From assembly GCF_009914755.1 (NCBI RefSeq), contig NC_060936.1: a DNA stretch of 64,000 nt; one strand, given 5' to 3'. Positions 27,109-43,331 of this stretch are shown in pieces. The notes below the pieces were generated by a model, which worked only from the letters and a program-made list of their open reading frames with translations, did not search any database and was not told where the DNA came from. Source of the stretch: the human T2T-CHM13v2.0 reference genome, Homo sapiens. The translations under genes and the position numbers were made by a program. Each line of letters begins with the position of its first letter. The stretch's first letter is position 1.

Positions 27109-29429
27109 GTTTACAGCATAGAACCCTGGATTTATAATCAAAGGACATAGCTTTTGAGTCCTAATTCTTCTACCCATTGGGTGGTGAGATTCTCAGTAAC
27201 AACCTAGCCTTTCTGAATTCTACCTGCTTTTTTGTAAAACACGAATTCACAAAGTTTACAAACATCATGATGTTTTAGAAAGGGCTACTTGAGATAATAC
27301 ATGTAAGACACTCTGTAAAATGTTTAATAAACATTCATAATTAGCGTTGCCACTAATAAACCATTTTCTCCACATCACATCCCAAACTGAGATATAATAA
27401 TAGAACAGAATGTTTTCTGGGCACTGCTGTCCTTACTGGATGCCGGGACTTCATCTGGGAGGAATAAAGTGATGTAACAGGTGTTTAAATTCATTAGGCA
27501 ATTATACACAGCCTTCTTTCCTCATAATATCTGGTCTCTCACAGAAAAATATAACGGAACTTAATATATCATTTGGATGACCTGCATTTGTTTAGATTGT
27601 TGAAGGAGCAAGACACATGGGTTGATTTGGGATATGGTTCAGAATAGAACAAAACTGGATTTATTAAGAAATATGATCCTTACTGTAAAATTTCTGGTGT
27701 GTTTCATTTAGGAGTTATTACAGAAACCTATTCAAGAGTGGAATTTCCTGATATTACTTAAAAGGTAATGTTTGAGTTAGAAGCTAAATAAAGCGTCTAG
27801 TACCTCCTGTAATTTTTATTACTATCTGGTAATCAACATTTATAGCACAATGTTAAGACTTTTTATCCTTTACTTTTATTAAGGTTTGACTGGCCCATGG
27901 CATGAAGTTGCATGTGTTTTCTGCACTTCTGAATGTTGCTGGAGTTCACTGTTGCACTGAATGTGCCTAGCAGGGCACCATACAAGGGGACAAAGACAGC
28001 CAGTGCATTTGAACGAGGGCATGTTTAAGTAGGGAGTAAGAAGCCAGAGATTCCAGTCAGTTAACCGGTCCCTTCCACTTCTTATTCCCCTTTGCTTAAT
28101 CCGAATTTACTGAGTGCCAGACATGCACCTGGCAAAAACTTTTTGCTTGTCTCCCTGCAGGGTTCCAAGGGCCCTGAGCCAGTCAAAAAATGATCGACAG
28201 TTCAGTTAGGGAGAGTTCACTAAACTACAACTGTTAAAGCAGACAGAATTCCCATTAGAAGAATGCTTTTTGGACCTAATCCAATGAAAATAATCTATTA
28301 AAACAAGTTGTCTAATCTTATGAGTTAACATGAAAAGAGAAGTGGATGCAGGGTGAATTGCAAAATGTTTGCACGTGTAAGTTCAGTTTATTTAATTTTA
28401 AATAATTAGGGCATGGCAATGATTAGTGCTAATTGGAGCTATGTCAGGCTGAAAGAATTATCCAAGTGTGTTTTGAAGACTCATGAGAGATTTTTACAGT
28501 AAATCTTATTTAACTCTGGAGTTTGTTTTATTGATAATGCTAAAACTCAAAGATACACATCTTAATGAAAAAAATACGAGATTTTAACACAACCTGAAAT
28601 AATTTAAAAGATAGTACTATAATGATAGCTACAAAGGCTAGGCATGCTTTAAAAGATTAATGGGGAGTGTTTTAATGGCCATCAAAATAGGTATTCAGTA
28701 AATGTAAAATTCTGTTTTAACTGATTTGAAGTAAGATCAAACTTTTGGGTTGTATTGAAGTCTTATTCAAATGGAGAATGAATACTGCAATGATTATATG
28801 GGTTTCATAGTTTGAGTACTTTTCTGTTTCAAAATCTTACCGTGAATTTGTGTATTAACTTTCCGACATCGTAATTTCCATTCATGATTTTAAAAGTCAG
28901 TATATGATCAAAATTTAATTTCAAATTTCACATTAAAAGAGGGAAAGAAATAAATTAGAGCGATTACAATTACACAAAGATTTCATCTATTTAGATTGGT
29001 CACCACCTACAGGCTCCAAAAATTGCATATTTTCAAGTTGCTTTTGGCAAGAAGACGTTTTTGGAGAGTTATCAGAATAGAACCTGAATGAATTGAAAAA
29101 CTTCTTAATATTTTCCTTTGTTCCCAAACATCTGATGGATTGCCACTTCACAGCCACGTTAATAATTTCTATGTCAACATAACATGAAATACTCCACTAG
29201 CTTATTACTGTAAAGTTAGTATAATTTGAAAGTCACACTTTTGATGATTAATTCCAACTAATAAAGTGTGCATTTAAGAAATGCTTATTTGATTGTACCA
29301 ATATTAATTTGTGCTTTCAGCAAAGTTATTCCATTTATTTATAACAAGTATTGTTTCTAAGCTTACTATTTTACTTTTCAAGAAGATATTAACCATCAGA
29401 GTAATAAGATACATAGGTCTGAAAAATGA

Positions 29430-29812
<383 letters not shown>

Positions 29813-30288
29813 AAGATGTTTTTAAATAACTAGCCTTCGGGTACTGTTGATATCAGTACTTTACCCCTTCTCACATATCTTTCTATATCAAAGGGAGCAA
29901 ACTAAATAGTACGTACCAAGAAAGATTTGGGATTAGAGTTGTTTTTTCTATAATTCTACTAACCATAACTCGATCTGTTACTCTGATGTATCTGAAAATT
30001 TATAATGGCCTTTCGCTTATTCTGTTTTCTTTCATGTGGGGGTGAGGGGAAGAGGATGACCCTCTTGCTTGCTTAGTAAACCCAGAATGTTCAACTCAGC
30101 GGCCTTTTAAGGATTCCAATTCTGCTTGGTTTTGCTCTGAATTACTAATAGTTACGAAGCCCAAGTAAGTGCCACAATGCTGTCTGGAAATTGCTGAATA
30201 GTTTAAAATCACTGGATGTTGAAATAAGAATTATGAAACTGATGGATGCTTTCCTATGTGAAAACTTTAGTTTAAAAACTATAGTCTA

Positions 30289-30596
30289 GGGTGCGTGCAG
30301 TGGCAATCCCAAAGTAATCCCAGCACTTTGGGAGGCCGAGGCAGGCAGATCACAAGGTCAGGAGTTCGAGACCAGCCTGATCAACATCGTGAAACCCTGT
30401 CTCTACTAGAAGTACAAAAATTAGCTGGGCGTGGTGGCGTGTGCCTATGATCCCAGCTACTTAGGAGGCTGAAGCAGGAGAATTGCTTGAACCTGGGAGG
30501 CGGAGGTTGCAATGAGCCAAGATCGCGTCAGTGCACTCCAGACTGGGCAACAGAATGAAACTTGGTCTCAAAAAAAAAAAAAAAAAAAAAAAAAAA
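30289..30596 (+). mobile_element. AluS (Sg-like)
   Basis: Sense dimer with long A tail. Confidence 0.93.
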
Positions 30597-32404
30597 CCAA
30601 AACCTTATAGTCGGCCTCAGTTGCCCAGTCAAGCAAATGAGCATTTTCTGAATCAGTGTGGCATTCTGAGAAAAAAGACAGTGTATGTGAGTTATGCCCA
30701 GATAAATGGCCGCATTTTTACCTGTGAGAAACAGTAAATAATAATTTGTCCATTTGACATTGAATTTACTATTTAAATTCTGTAGAAGACATAGCGTAAT
30801 TATAGAGTTGGAGTATATTTCCATATAACAACATTAAGCATTGAAATTATATGCTTATTAATGAACATCTATAAGGCATGTATGTTTATTAAGTTCTATT
30901 TGTATATATAATATAAAATCTTCTTTTTCTTGCTGGTGTCTTTTGTGTTTTCATAGAAAAACTCCCACACTCATTAAATAGCTGTCTATTATGGTATCTT
31001 TGAGAGAAGGCGGCTGTATCTTAGCCTCCCCACTGAGTGAAGTCTCATTATAATTTGTCTCTTTATGTTTCCAAAATGCTGGGCTCACATGCTTAACTCA
31101 TTAATGAGACTGGAACGCATCTCATAATAGCTGGTTTGTCGCACTAAAGCCACACAGAGTTTAAAGAATGTTGCAGTTTAATCCATTGGTGCAGGAAATG
31201 CATTTGCAATGTAGTTGGCCAATTGGGGCAAGATTGATAAAAGAAAGTTCCTTTTCTAAATTCTGTTAATTTTGAGCTCACTTAATTTTACTTCTCCTCC
31301 CATTAGTTGTCTTCTTCTTAAAGAACAGGGAAAGGAGTTTAATAAAAAACAAAGTGTTTTCATAGTCAAGAGAAGTATCTTCTTTACTTTCGTTTAAAAC
31401 TTTTTTTGTTGTTGTTTCTCAGGTCACAAAGGATATTTTCTTCACATATTTTCTTCATAAAGGCTGGATTGTTTTGTGGCTACCCTGATTTGACCATAGC
31501 GCACTGCCTGGTGGGAAGGGTTAAACCTCTCATTCTAAGCTAAACAAGATTACTCTGAAGGCTGGCATTCAGGGGCTTGTTTTTAGTGTAATGGGTTAGG
31601 GGCTATGGCACACCCCTTGCAGTTCCACTAATTGAACTCTTTGGGTACTTCAGTTTCTAATAGTTAGCTCTAGAAGGGGCTTGCCATGGGTACGCAAGAA
31701 ATTGCTCACTGCTTGATTTCCCCACGTTAGTTTAATGAGGAAGAATGGGTCACCATGCCAACCAAAACACCATAGCAATGGGTTTAGAGGCATCCTTTCT
31801 TGATACTTGCTTCCCATTTAGGGGTTTCTAATATACTACAAACGCTATAGAGTGTCAGACAAAAACCAAATAGGATTTGAAATCAATGTGTCCTCTCGTA
31901 CAATACATGTAAGTGACTATGTTGAGTTATCCTGAATTTTACTTCGTTGTGTATTCAGACTTTTTTGATTAATTTAGAAGGTAGCAAGGCACTTAATGTT
32001 GGTCTTATTTTTCAGTTGTTAATTTTTCTTTGCTAGCAGTTTTCAGCTATTGATCTATCAAAGCTCATCTACATTTAATTTCATTTGGTTTCTAAGAGCT
32101 TTTATTCTACTGTAGTAACAACCATTTAAAAATTTATTTTTTAGAACAGTTTTAGGTTTATATAAAAATTAAGAAAATAAGGCAAAGTTCCCATACACCC
32201 AGTTTCCCCTATTATTAGCATCCTGCATTAGTGTTGTGCATTTGTTGCAATTAATGACCCAGAGCTGATACATTATTATATCAATAGTTTATTCAGATTT
32301 TTTAGTTTTTACCTAATGTCATTTTTCAGTTCCATGGTGTCAGCTGGGATGGCACATTTATTTGTCATGTCTCCTTAGACTCTTGCATGTGAGTTTTTCA
32401 GACT

Positions 32405-32718
32405 TTTTTTGTTTATTTTCTGATTGAGACAGGGTCTAGCTCTGTTACCCACACAGGAGTGTAGTTGCACAATCACAGCTCACAGCAGCCTCAACCTCCC
32501 AGACTCACGCAATCCTCCTTCCTCAGCCTCTCTTGTAGCTGGGACTACAAGCACAAGCCACCACACCTGGCTGATTTTTGTACTTTTTTTTTTTTTTGTA
32601 GAGATGGGCTCTTACTTTGTTGCCCAGGGTGGTCTCGAACTCCTGAACTCAAGTAATCCTCCCACCTTGGCATCCCAAAGTGCTGGGATTGCAGGTGTGA
32701 GCTACCACACCCAGCCAG
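32405..32718 (-). mobile_element. AluJ
   Basis: Diverged antisense Alu dimer. Confidence 0.9.
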
Positions 32719-32889
32719 ACTTTGTTTTTGATGACTGACAGTTTTGAGGATTCCCAATTATATATTTAGCAGTATGTCTTTCCATTGGAATTTGTCGGAT
32801 TTTTGTTTAAATGATTAATCTGGGAATAAGTTTTTTTTAATTTTGTTATCTGTTTTCTTTTTTTAGTTTTTTTTTCTAATTTTCTTAAG

Positions 32890-33183
32890 TTTTTGTTTGT
32901 TTTTGAGACAGAGACACTCTGTCACCCATGCTTGAGTGCAGTGGCTAATCAGAGCTCACTGTAGTCTTGATTTCCTGGGCTCAAGCAATCCTCCTACCTC
33001 AGCCTCCTGAGTAGCTGGGAATACAGGTGTATGCCACCATGTCTGGCTAATTTTTTTTTTTTCTATAGAGATAGGATTTTATTATGTTGCCCAAGTGGGT
33101 CCTGAACTTTTGGCCTTGAGTGATTCCCCCCACCTTTGCCTCTTAAAGTGCTGAGATTACAGGTGTGAGCCATTGCTCCTGGC
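32890..33183 (-). mobile_element. AluJ
   Basis: Diverged antisense Alu dimer. Confidence 0.9.
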
Positions 33184-35311
33184 TGGGTATATAGGTTTTG
33201 AGAGGAAGAACATACATGTAAAATAACATTTTCATCACATCATAACAAGGGTACATACTGTCAACACAACTTACCACTATAAAGTTGACCTTCATCACCT
33301 GCCAGTGATAGTGTTTTTCAGGTTTCTCCACCGTAAAGTTACTTTCTCCCCACATCTTCCCACCCAACCAGTTCATACTGTGCCTTTTGGAAGGAAGTCA
33401 CTATGCACAGACCACATCTAAGGAATGGGAATTATGCTCCCCTTTTTTGAGGTTGGAGAATATATATAAGTTATTTGGAATTCTTCTGCAAAGAAGATTT
33501 GTTTCTTCTCTCATTTATTTATTTTTTGTATCACTTATCAATATGGACTCATGAATATTTATTTTATACTTTGGGTTATAATCCACTGCCACTTTACTTT
33601 TTTTGATGCTCAAATTCTTCCAGCTTTGGCCATTGGGAGCTCTTTAAGTGGGTTCCTGTGTCTCTTTCACACTTGGACATATCTGTATCAGTGTACTTTC
33701 ACGTGTGTTTTGAGCACTTTCTCCCTTTCTGGCACTACAAGTTGCTTTAAGCTCATTTTGTATATTTTCTGTTCCAGTCCTAAAATCAATCCATTTATCC
33801 AAGGAGCCCTGATACACTTTATTGGAAAATGGTAACAACCATTGAAGGAATAAATACAAAAAAATTTAAGTAAAATTCAGGAAAATATCTTTCAAGTATG
33901 ATTAAATGAGAGACTAGATGATCATCTTAAGCTGTTATGTGTTTAGCTGGAGATGTACTAATGCTTTCTGATGGATGCTTGAACTCAGTGGGAAACATGA
34001 TGGTGTACTATGGGTTTAAGTGAACAAAAGAACTCATTATAATCCGAAATACTGAATATCTTAAGATACTTTTTTATGCCCCTTAATCTTTAAATTTTTT
34101 CCTCACAAAGTCTGGATATGCCCACTCATTGAACCTCTTTTAATATTTTTTGCGATACCAAACATTATAAAACTCTTTAATCTTGTCTGTTAGTTGGTGT
34201 GGGGGAGAAAACAAATGTTTCTAATCTTACAGACAGGATGATCATTAATAAGGAAACCCATTTTTCTTTTAAAGGGAAACAGAACAACTATGACAACTTG
34301 ATTATGATGAAACTTTGATTAATCACATGGATATGTTCTAGAAACAATTCCTAACCATACTTTCAGCCATGCATTCCTTCTTGTCACATGTTCAGAAATT
34401 ATGCCTTTGAGGGGAGTATCCAGTGGTAACTATTTTGGGAAGGAGGAGAGCTAAGAGAAATCCTATTTTACTGACATAAGAAAAGTGATGGATGGTGAAT
34501 ATAAAATAGAAGGTGCTAGATTTTTGTTATGTCTGGATAGCCTTTTCTCTGTCTTATAACTTTCAGAAACTGATTTTTATCTACTTTATTATTACAACTA
34601 CTATCATTGCCAAGGGCTTAATTTGGAATTAAATGAGCCTTATGCTTAAGTAATTTATTCTCGTTAGTTTGCCAAAATGTAGGTCTCATGATGGTTTTAA
34701 TATTCAACAGCAGGATGTTTACATTTTTCGTTCATTGAGACTAAAATATTCCTTTTCAGTTTCATTTATGTCCCAGAAAATCTGAGATCAGAAGACAATA
34801 TTGAAGCTGCTATTATTAATGACAGTTTTCTTTCATAATAGAGAGGGGAGCTGTTATAGTTGAATTTTACTTCACTCTTATTTTTATGTATTTAGTCAAA
34901 GACCCCCATAGAAGGGAATAATTCACCACAGGGCTTCTGTAGAGGTATCACCACTAACTAATATGGCAGAGTCTTCTCATTGGCTTCTCCCTCATATTTC
35001 AGGTGATATGTGGGGAAGATTTTGATGTTTTCTGATAAATTTCACATTATTCATTCATTAAGCTATAGTTATATACTTTCATTCCATTAGTGTGTCAAAA
35101 AACTAAGTTGTCAACCAGGAACCTTATATTGGCTGACTTTAATTCTATGATTTTCTATGTATGGCAGTTTCAGGAAAAACTCTCTAAAATTTTATAATTA
35201 GAAATATCTATTTTTGTTTATCAGAAAAGTGGGGATTAGAGCTGATTTCCTTTTTTATGTTAAATAACTTTAAAAATGAACATATTTGAACATCTTAAAA
35301 ATTAGACTTTC

Positions 35312-35625
<314 letters not shown>

Positions 35626-35976
35626 AAAAAATTACACTTTCATAAGGCAGACCTATAATGTTTTGTGAACAATTAGGTGAATTAAAACATGAAGAAACCC
35701 TGTCCATACTGGTGTGAAATGTATCTGTAAATTTTTTGTTTGTACAGATGCAGTAATTTTCCCATTTATATTTCTACTTTTACAACAAAGTTGTAGTTAG
35801 GAAAATGTTCCTCCAGAACATATGCTACTACTTTAATGTGTGCTTTTCATGGAGAGAGGGAAACAGGCAGAAAACATTTGATGACATAAAGGTGAAAAGG
35901 TCAAGTTTCTGTATGTGGTGACAACAAACTGCTTGAAAATGGTGACTTGGAGTTGTGTGGAAGACTTTTGACTTTG

Positions 35977-36095
35977 TTTTTTTAAGAGATGAGGTCTCGC
36001 TATGTTGTCAAGGCTGATCTTGAACTCTTGGGCTCAGGGCATCTTCCTACCTCAGCCTCCTGAGTAGTTGGGACTACAGGCTACTGTGCACAGCT
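35977..36095 (-). mobile_element. FLAM Alu monomer
   Basis: Single antisense Alu arm. Confidence 0.8.
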
Positions 36096-36510
36096 AATTC
36101 TGTTGACTTATGAGCCTTTGTGTGGGATATTGGGAGCTAGGAGTTAGCATAATGGTATAAAATGTGTGAGAGAAAGATAGAAACTGACTTTTAAAAGTTT
36201 GAGGGTCAGACTTAGTTTAAGAATCATTTATTTGAATTCCTACAAATGTCAGACTCTGTGTTACCCTCTTGGGAGAGATGTGTCAGTTATAGCTTAGCTC
36301 TAGAAGAGAGTGTTTTGATATTGTATATCCCACTGCTGTGCATTTTGCTTTTATATTATTTTCCATTGAACTTAAGAGATGTTCTCATAAAATTAAGGTA
36401 ACAATCGCAAGATAAGTATATTAGAACATGGAAAATATTTTTAATTTTGAGACACTTAATTATAAAATAATAGCTTCAATAAATAACAAATATAGAAAAG
36501 TGTAGGAACT

Positions 36511-36822
<312 letters not shown>

Positions 36823-38831
36823 CTACTTGCCTATAACCAAAATTTAGATTTGTTAATATATTAATTGCATATTTTTTAAATCTAGTCAGTGTAAGTCTAG
36901 GTATGTCAAGTTGTCAAACCTTTTAGTTTTTTCAAATAAGCTTTTCGAATAAAGGGGAGCCACACACAGATGGGGAGCCACACACAGATTTGAAGCCATC
37001 TTTTCTGTTATTCATGTACTCATCTCCCTACACTAGAGGTTTCCTCGTCTCATGTTTGGTATAAATACTTCTACACTTAAATAAAAAATAAAAGGCCTTT
37101 CGTACATACGTAAGCATTTGTGAAAAATATTTTTCACAAAAATATTTTTCACAAATAAGGTAGTATTTTTCTGAATGAACTTTATGATTCTGTAGCATGC
37201 ATATTTTGCAACATGATTTTTCACCAGTCATGCTGTTATAGAATGATTTGGTTCACTGCTACATAATATTATGTTGATATTTATGCATATATATAAACAT
37301 TTATCTCTCTTTGTATTGTATGTAGTTTATTTCTTTTATTTGCCATATGGATTCAGACATATGGCTATACCATGATTTTTTTATTACCATATTGAAATTT
37401 ATATCTATTTCTGTTTTTTCTTTTATAAACAATGCTAAGTATCCTTGTATTTAGATCTTAGAGGTTTTGTTAGAATGTAGGTAACTAACTAGAGATTTCC
37501 AAGTCATACATGATACAAACTATTAATTTTATTGTGTACTTTCATTTTCACAACTGTACAATTTATATTTCCCCAACAATGTATGAGTCTACCTGTTCTA
37601 GAACAGTATCTGTGAAGTCTATCTCTTTAGTTTTGCACTTTATTTAACTTACATTTGTTTCACTTTAATCTTAATTGGTATTAACTCATGAGATTGAGTA
37701 TCTTTTCAGATCTTTATGGTTATTTGTCTTTTCTCTGAATTTCCTGGCTATATTATTAATTCATTTTTTTTTCTGTTGGGTTTTTTGCCTTTGGTGGCTC
37801 ATATTTAAGACATTTTTTCTCCTAATATTCTGGGAACAAATCTTATCTTCTGCATGTTGCAGCAATACTTGAATATTTTAACCTTGGGTTCTAACCTCCT
37901 TTGTAGTCTGGCCTTTGTGATACTCTTATTGTACTAAGAATTCAATTTGTCCCAGAGCCTGAGAAGGATAATTATTTATGTTTTGTTATGGTTTGCTTGT
38001 TTACAGTGAGGCAAATATACCTTAAAACTTTGTGAAACAAGAGTCCAACAACATTTTTAATATCAGTACTAAGAATTAGAGTTGTACAAATATGCAGTGA
38101 CCCTCAACTTTGGCTGCATTAGAATCACCTATGAGATTTTACTTGGACTGGGGCATTAGTTTTTCTAAAAGCTCATAATTGATAATGATGGACCTTTAAG
38201 TTTGAAAACTATCCTTTAAGCCATTATGACTCTTCTCTCAAAGTGGTTTTCTGGACAGAGTAGTAGAATGTGTGAAGCTCCAAGAACACACAGAGTCTCT
38301 CTTTTTTTTATGAGAAGTTCATATCCAGCGTATAGAAGAGTGCCTGCAACCTTAATGATAAGTTGAATGAACTAATTGTTTTAGCTACTAAATTGCAATC
38401 CTTTTCTAATGCTCCCTATCAAAGATTGTACTTAACTAATGTTTAAATATCCCACACTTTGAAGTCTTATTTTCTTTATATGAATTTTTGCTAGTTTTAG
38501 CTTGCAAGGAGATTCATGCCTTATCTATACTTGCATCTGAGAAATACAAGTGTTAGGTCAGTTTGTTACACCAAACTGCGGATACAGAAATGCTAAGGTA
38601 AATTGTAGGGTCACCTGACTCCTACTCCTAGTAGTAGCTCAGTAAAAATTTGCTAATTTGATTTAATCCATAAACCATAGCATAGGGACTAAATTAGAAA
38701 TGAAAACCATTTCCATGCTTTCTTTTATCTTGTTTTAAGGCCATCTCCACAAGAACAGTTGAGATGTTTTATTAAAAATTGGATTTGAAGAGAGATTTGT
38801 TTTTTTATCAGAAGCTCATTTATATAGTTGA

Positions 38832-39121
38832 TTTTTTTTGAGAAGAAGTTTGGCTCTTGTTGCCCAGGCTGGAGTGCAATGACGGGGCCTCGGCTCACTG
38901 CAACCTCCGCCTCCTGGGTTCAAGCGATTCTGCTGCCTCAGCCTTCTGAGTAGCTGGGATTACAGGCATGCGCCACCACGCCTGGCTAATTTTGTATTTT
39001 TAGTAGAGACGGGGTTTCTCCATGTTGGTCAGGCTGGTCCAGAGCTCCCGACCTCAGGTGACCCGCCTGCCTCAGCCTCCGAAATTGCTGGGATTACAGG
39101 TGTGAGCCACCACGCCCAGCC
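38832..39121 (-). mobile_element. AluSp/Sq-like
   Basis: Antisense dimer; TSD TAGTTGAT. Confidence 0.93.
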
Positions 39122-39201
39122 TAGTTGATAATTTTTAATAAAATTTTATGAGAAAGCATCAGAGACACTTGAAAATTGCAGTTTCATACTTTGGCTTATA
39201 C

Positions 39202-39281
39202 TTTTTTTAATTTTTATTTTTATTTTAAGTTCCTGGGTACATGTGCAGGATATACAGGTTTGTTACATAGGTGAACGTGTG
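39202..39281 (-). mobile_element. Very short 5'-truncated L1PA 3' end
   Basis: TTTTAAGTTCCTGGGTACATGTGCAGGATATACAGGTTTGTTACATAGGT; TSD TTTGGCTTATACTTT/TTTGGCCGATACTTT. Confidence 0.88.
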
Positions 39282-39395
39282 TTTTGGCCGATACTTTAAA
39301 AGCCATAGCAAATCACAACACTTTAGAAACTCTTCTACTTTAAACATTTTAAAATCGGCTTTACCTGTTGGTTTAGTTTCCCTTTAAGAGTGTCA

Positions 39396-39609
<214 letters not shown>

Positions 39610-40603
39610 TTATTTCGTCCTTACAGAACTCACCATTAAGTTAGAATAAGTATGTGAAAGCATTTCACTTCAGAACCGTAGTATCTTTTGATCTTAGTGA
39701 CTGTTAGTTGTTCAAATGAGGGATTATATATGAAGATACTTTAAATGTGAAATAATACATAAATTAATGTTTGTTAGCATTTTATTACTTATGTTTTCTT
39801 GTTTTTATGTCATTTTCATTTTCTCAGTACTTAGACATATAATATTTAACATTCAATAGTTTTCATTATTCATATCTTTATAGCCCATTGTATTTAAATT
39901 TTCTTTTTAGCATAATAAATGCAATAATATGACCACATCTGGAATCTCAATTTTATTTCGATAATTATTAAGATATAACAAATTATTAGAGATACGTCTA
40001 TGAAAAATTAAAGAATAAAGTAGTTTTGCCTTGTTATGACATTTCTGTCTTTAGAAATAAAATAGAATTACATCATTGTTAAGGCTAACTACTTCTGGAG
40101 TTTAATGACTAGCAAAGAAATCTGACCATGTTTCCTCCTTCGTGTGGCTCTCCTGTCCCTTGGCTTCTCTTCTTGCCTGATTACAGCTGTTTTTGTAATG
40201 CTTTCTCTCTTCCTCTCTACATCCCCGATCACTTCCACCACAAGATATTGTAATAGAATGTTCTTAGGCACATTTTAAAAATGGGCTTTTGGTACAAATT
40301 CAGAATTCAGTTGTCTTTCAAGATCAGTCTTCTTTATCCATGATATCTTGTCTCCTTTATCTTTGCCAAATGGTGTTTCTCACTTGTATAATCTAAGAGT
40401 ACTCAATTATGTGATTGATCCGATCATGTTATTACAAGCTCTTAAGCATGGTTTTGTGGTATTTTTCTTTCTAAAATCAAGAAATTTTAGAATTATTATT
40501 GCTGGGTAGAATTTCAGAGGAACAATGGAATGGTTTGCAAAAGTTATTCTTAGATGATAATGAGGCTTTGAAGTATTTCGGCAGTTTAAAAGTTAGATTG
40601 GTG

Positions 40604-40883
40604 GGCCAGTCACGGTGGCTCACGCCTGTAATCCCAGCACTTTGGGAGGCTGAGGCAGGTGGATCACGAGGTCAAGAGATCAAGACCATCCTGGCCAACA
40701 TGGTGCAACCCCGTCTCTACTAAAAATACGAAAAATTAGCTGGGCATGGTGGCACGTGCCTGTAGTCCCAGCTACTTGCAAAGCTGAGGCAGGAGGATTG
40801 CTTGAACCTGGGAGGTAGAGGTTACAGTGAGCTGAGATCATGCCACTGCACTTCAGCCTGGCGACAGAGCAAGACTCTATCTC

Positions 40884-40920
<37 letters not shown>
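40604..40920 (+). mobile_element. AluSc-like
   Basis: GGTCAAGAGATCAAGACCATCC; TSD AAAAGTTAGATTGGTG. Confidence 0.95.
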
Positions 40921-40921
<1 letters not shown>

Positions 40922-41389
40922 TTAGATTGGTGAGGCAGAATGTGATATTTCTCCTTCTACTATTAAAAATTCCATACAGCATTATGTGAATTAATCTTAA
41001 TCCAACATTTGACAAGGATGTTTTTAAAACAAGTTAATGCTGTGAATTTGGCACTATTGTATCTGATATTAATGAATAATTCCACCGCTTAAAATTGTCT
41101 AATTTCCATCTGGTTGCTGTTTCTCATTTTCCTTATTTTACATGTTTAACTTCTAACCACCTATTCTTTTGCTTCTCTTATTTTATACTCAGAATTACCC
41201 CCTTTTAGATTAAAAAAAAAACTTTCATACTTTTGAAATGTAAAAATGGACATATCACCATAAAGTGAGAAGGGAACCCTAAATGAATTACAAACTTTTT
41301 GTTTTGTTAGAGATAGAAAAACTTCTAAGATCTTAAAAGTAAGATCTGAGTTTAAAATTAGGGAATAAAATAAGTTGTGTTAAGAAGGA

Positions 41390-41910
41390 CAGGGTCACCA
41401 GTTAGGAGGAGATTATTGTAGGAATCCCAGTGTTGGCACTTGGGACTAGTGATGACAGAGGAGATGGAGAGAAAAAGGACAGATTCAGGATATATTTGGA
41501 CGTGAAAGTTGTGAAGACTTGATAATGAGTGGAATGTGGAGGGAAGGAAAGAGGCTATGAAGAAGAAACTGGTTACGTACTGTTACTATTTCCTGATGGT
41601 GACGATGATTGGAGGAGGAACTGTTTTATTTCCGTTGGGGAAGTATGAAGTCAGGAGTTCTATTTTGGGTATTTAGAATTTGAGGTATCTAAGTGAATAT
41701 GCCCAGTAGGCAACTGAATAATTGCCTATGGAGGTGAGGGAGGGTGAAGGTACAGTCATTAGTGTACATTAAGGACGTTTAAAATCATGAACCTTGTTGA
41801 GGATCATTAGGTTGAAGGTAGAGTGGAAAAGAGCATTCATAATTAGTTCTGTGGCTTCCAGCAATCAGAGTTGGTGTGGAGGAGAAGTCTGAGGAGCAGA
41901 GTCCAGTGTG
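41390..41910 (-). mobile_element. L2 fragment
   Basis: CCAGTTAGGAGG...GATTCAGGATATATTT...AGGAGTTCTATTTTGG antisense L2 motifs. Confidence 0.7.
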
Positions 41911-42292
41911 GCAGTTGTATACAATACATAGACATTGTTTTCATAGAAGTTGTATATGCTTAAGGTATATTGCTCTTTGTGGGTTGTTTTTAAAATTAAA
42001 TATTTGGTGTATCCTTTGTAAGATTCTAAACCCCCTTCTGAATGTCATTGAGTAAGACAATTCTATACAACGCCAGGATGTTTGCTGTAAAGAATGGCTT
42101 TACCATTGAACCATTAAGGTTGGGATATGGTGCCCATTTTAACCCTTCCTGGTCTGCCTCTTTACGACTTAGATTTTTAGATGTCACCTAAGTTTCTTGC
42201 TGGGGGAGAAGGACTTTGCCAGAAAATTAGCCTTAACATGATGTCCTTTGACCCTCCTCACAATTTTTTGTCATTCTCTTGAAATAAGTTAG

Positions 42293-42742
<450 letters not shown>

Positions 42743-43331
42743 TAAAAGCCTGGTTTATAAATTCTGCAAGGACGGAACTCTTTAAGACAATGAAATGGGG
42801 ACTGGCTTAGACATAGCTGCGTGCCTTTACTCCATTAGAGACAAGCACAAGAGTCCTGCCATACCACATATTTTTTGACATGACTACTTTTTGTTTTTCT
42901 TCAAAATCTAAACTACGATAAAATGAAAGACAACAGTTATTAGGTGCCTTTATCTTATGCAGAGTGCTAAGTACTGTACATTGTGGTCCCCTTGTGACCC
43001 AACATGAATTCTGAAAGGGAAATAAATATATTGAACCTACTTTGTAGAGGTCACAAAATTGAAGCTATGATTATTGGTATTTTAGAGAGAAAAAAATAAG
43101 AAAAGATAATCAAAAAATATATACAAACTACGATTTCAGATTCAGGTTTTTTTGGAGATTAAAATTTCTCTAGGCGTGCTTGAAAGGTGATGGACATGAA
43201 GTCATGTTTTGGAGACATCATGCTGTGTTTTTAACGGTCCATTTAAAAATGTATTTTATCTCTAAGTGTTAAGTGTTCCCATGCTGTACTGATAATAATC
43301 TTAATTTTTCCCTTCTCTCTTTTGGTTTCAG

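Larger units (their letters stand above)
32130..33835 (-). mobile_element. Old L1 3' end (L1MC-like) interrupted by two AluJ
   Basis: TTAGAACAGTTTTAGGTTTA...GTTCCCATACACCCAGTTTCCCCTATTATT...TTTCTCCACCGTAAAGTTACT...AAGGAGCCCTG motifs. Confidence 0.75.
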
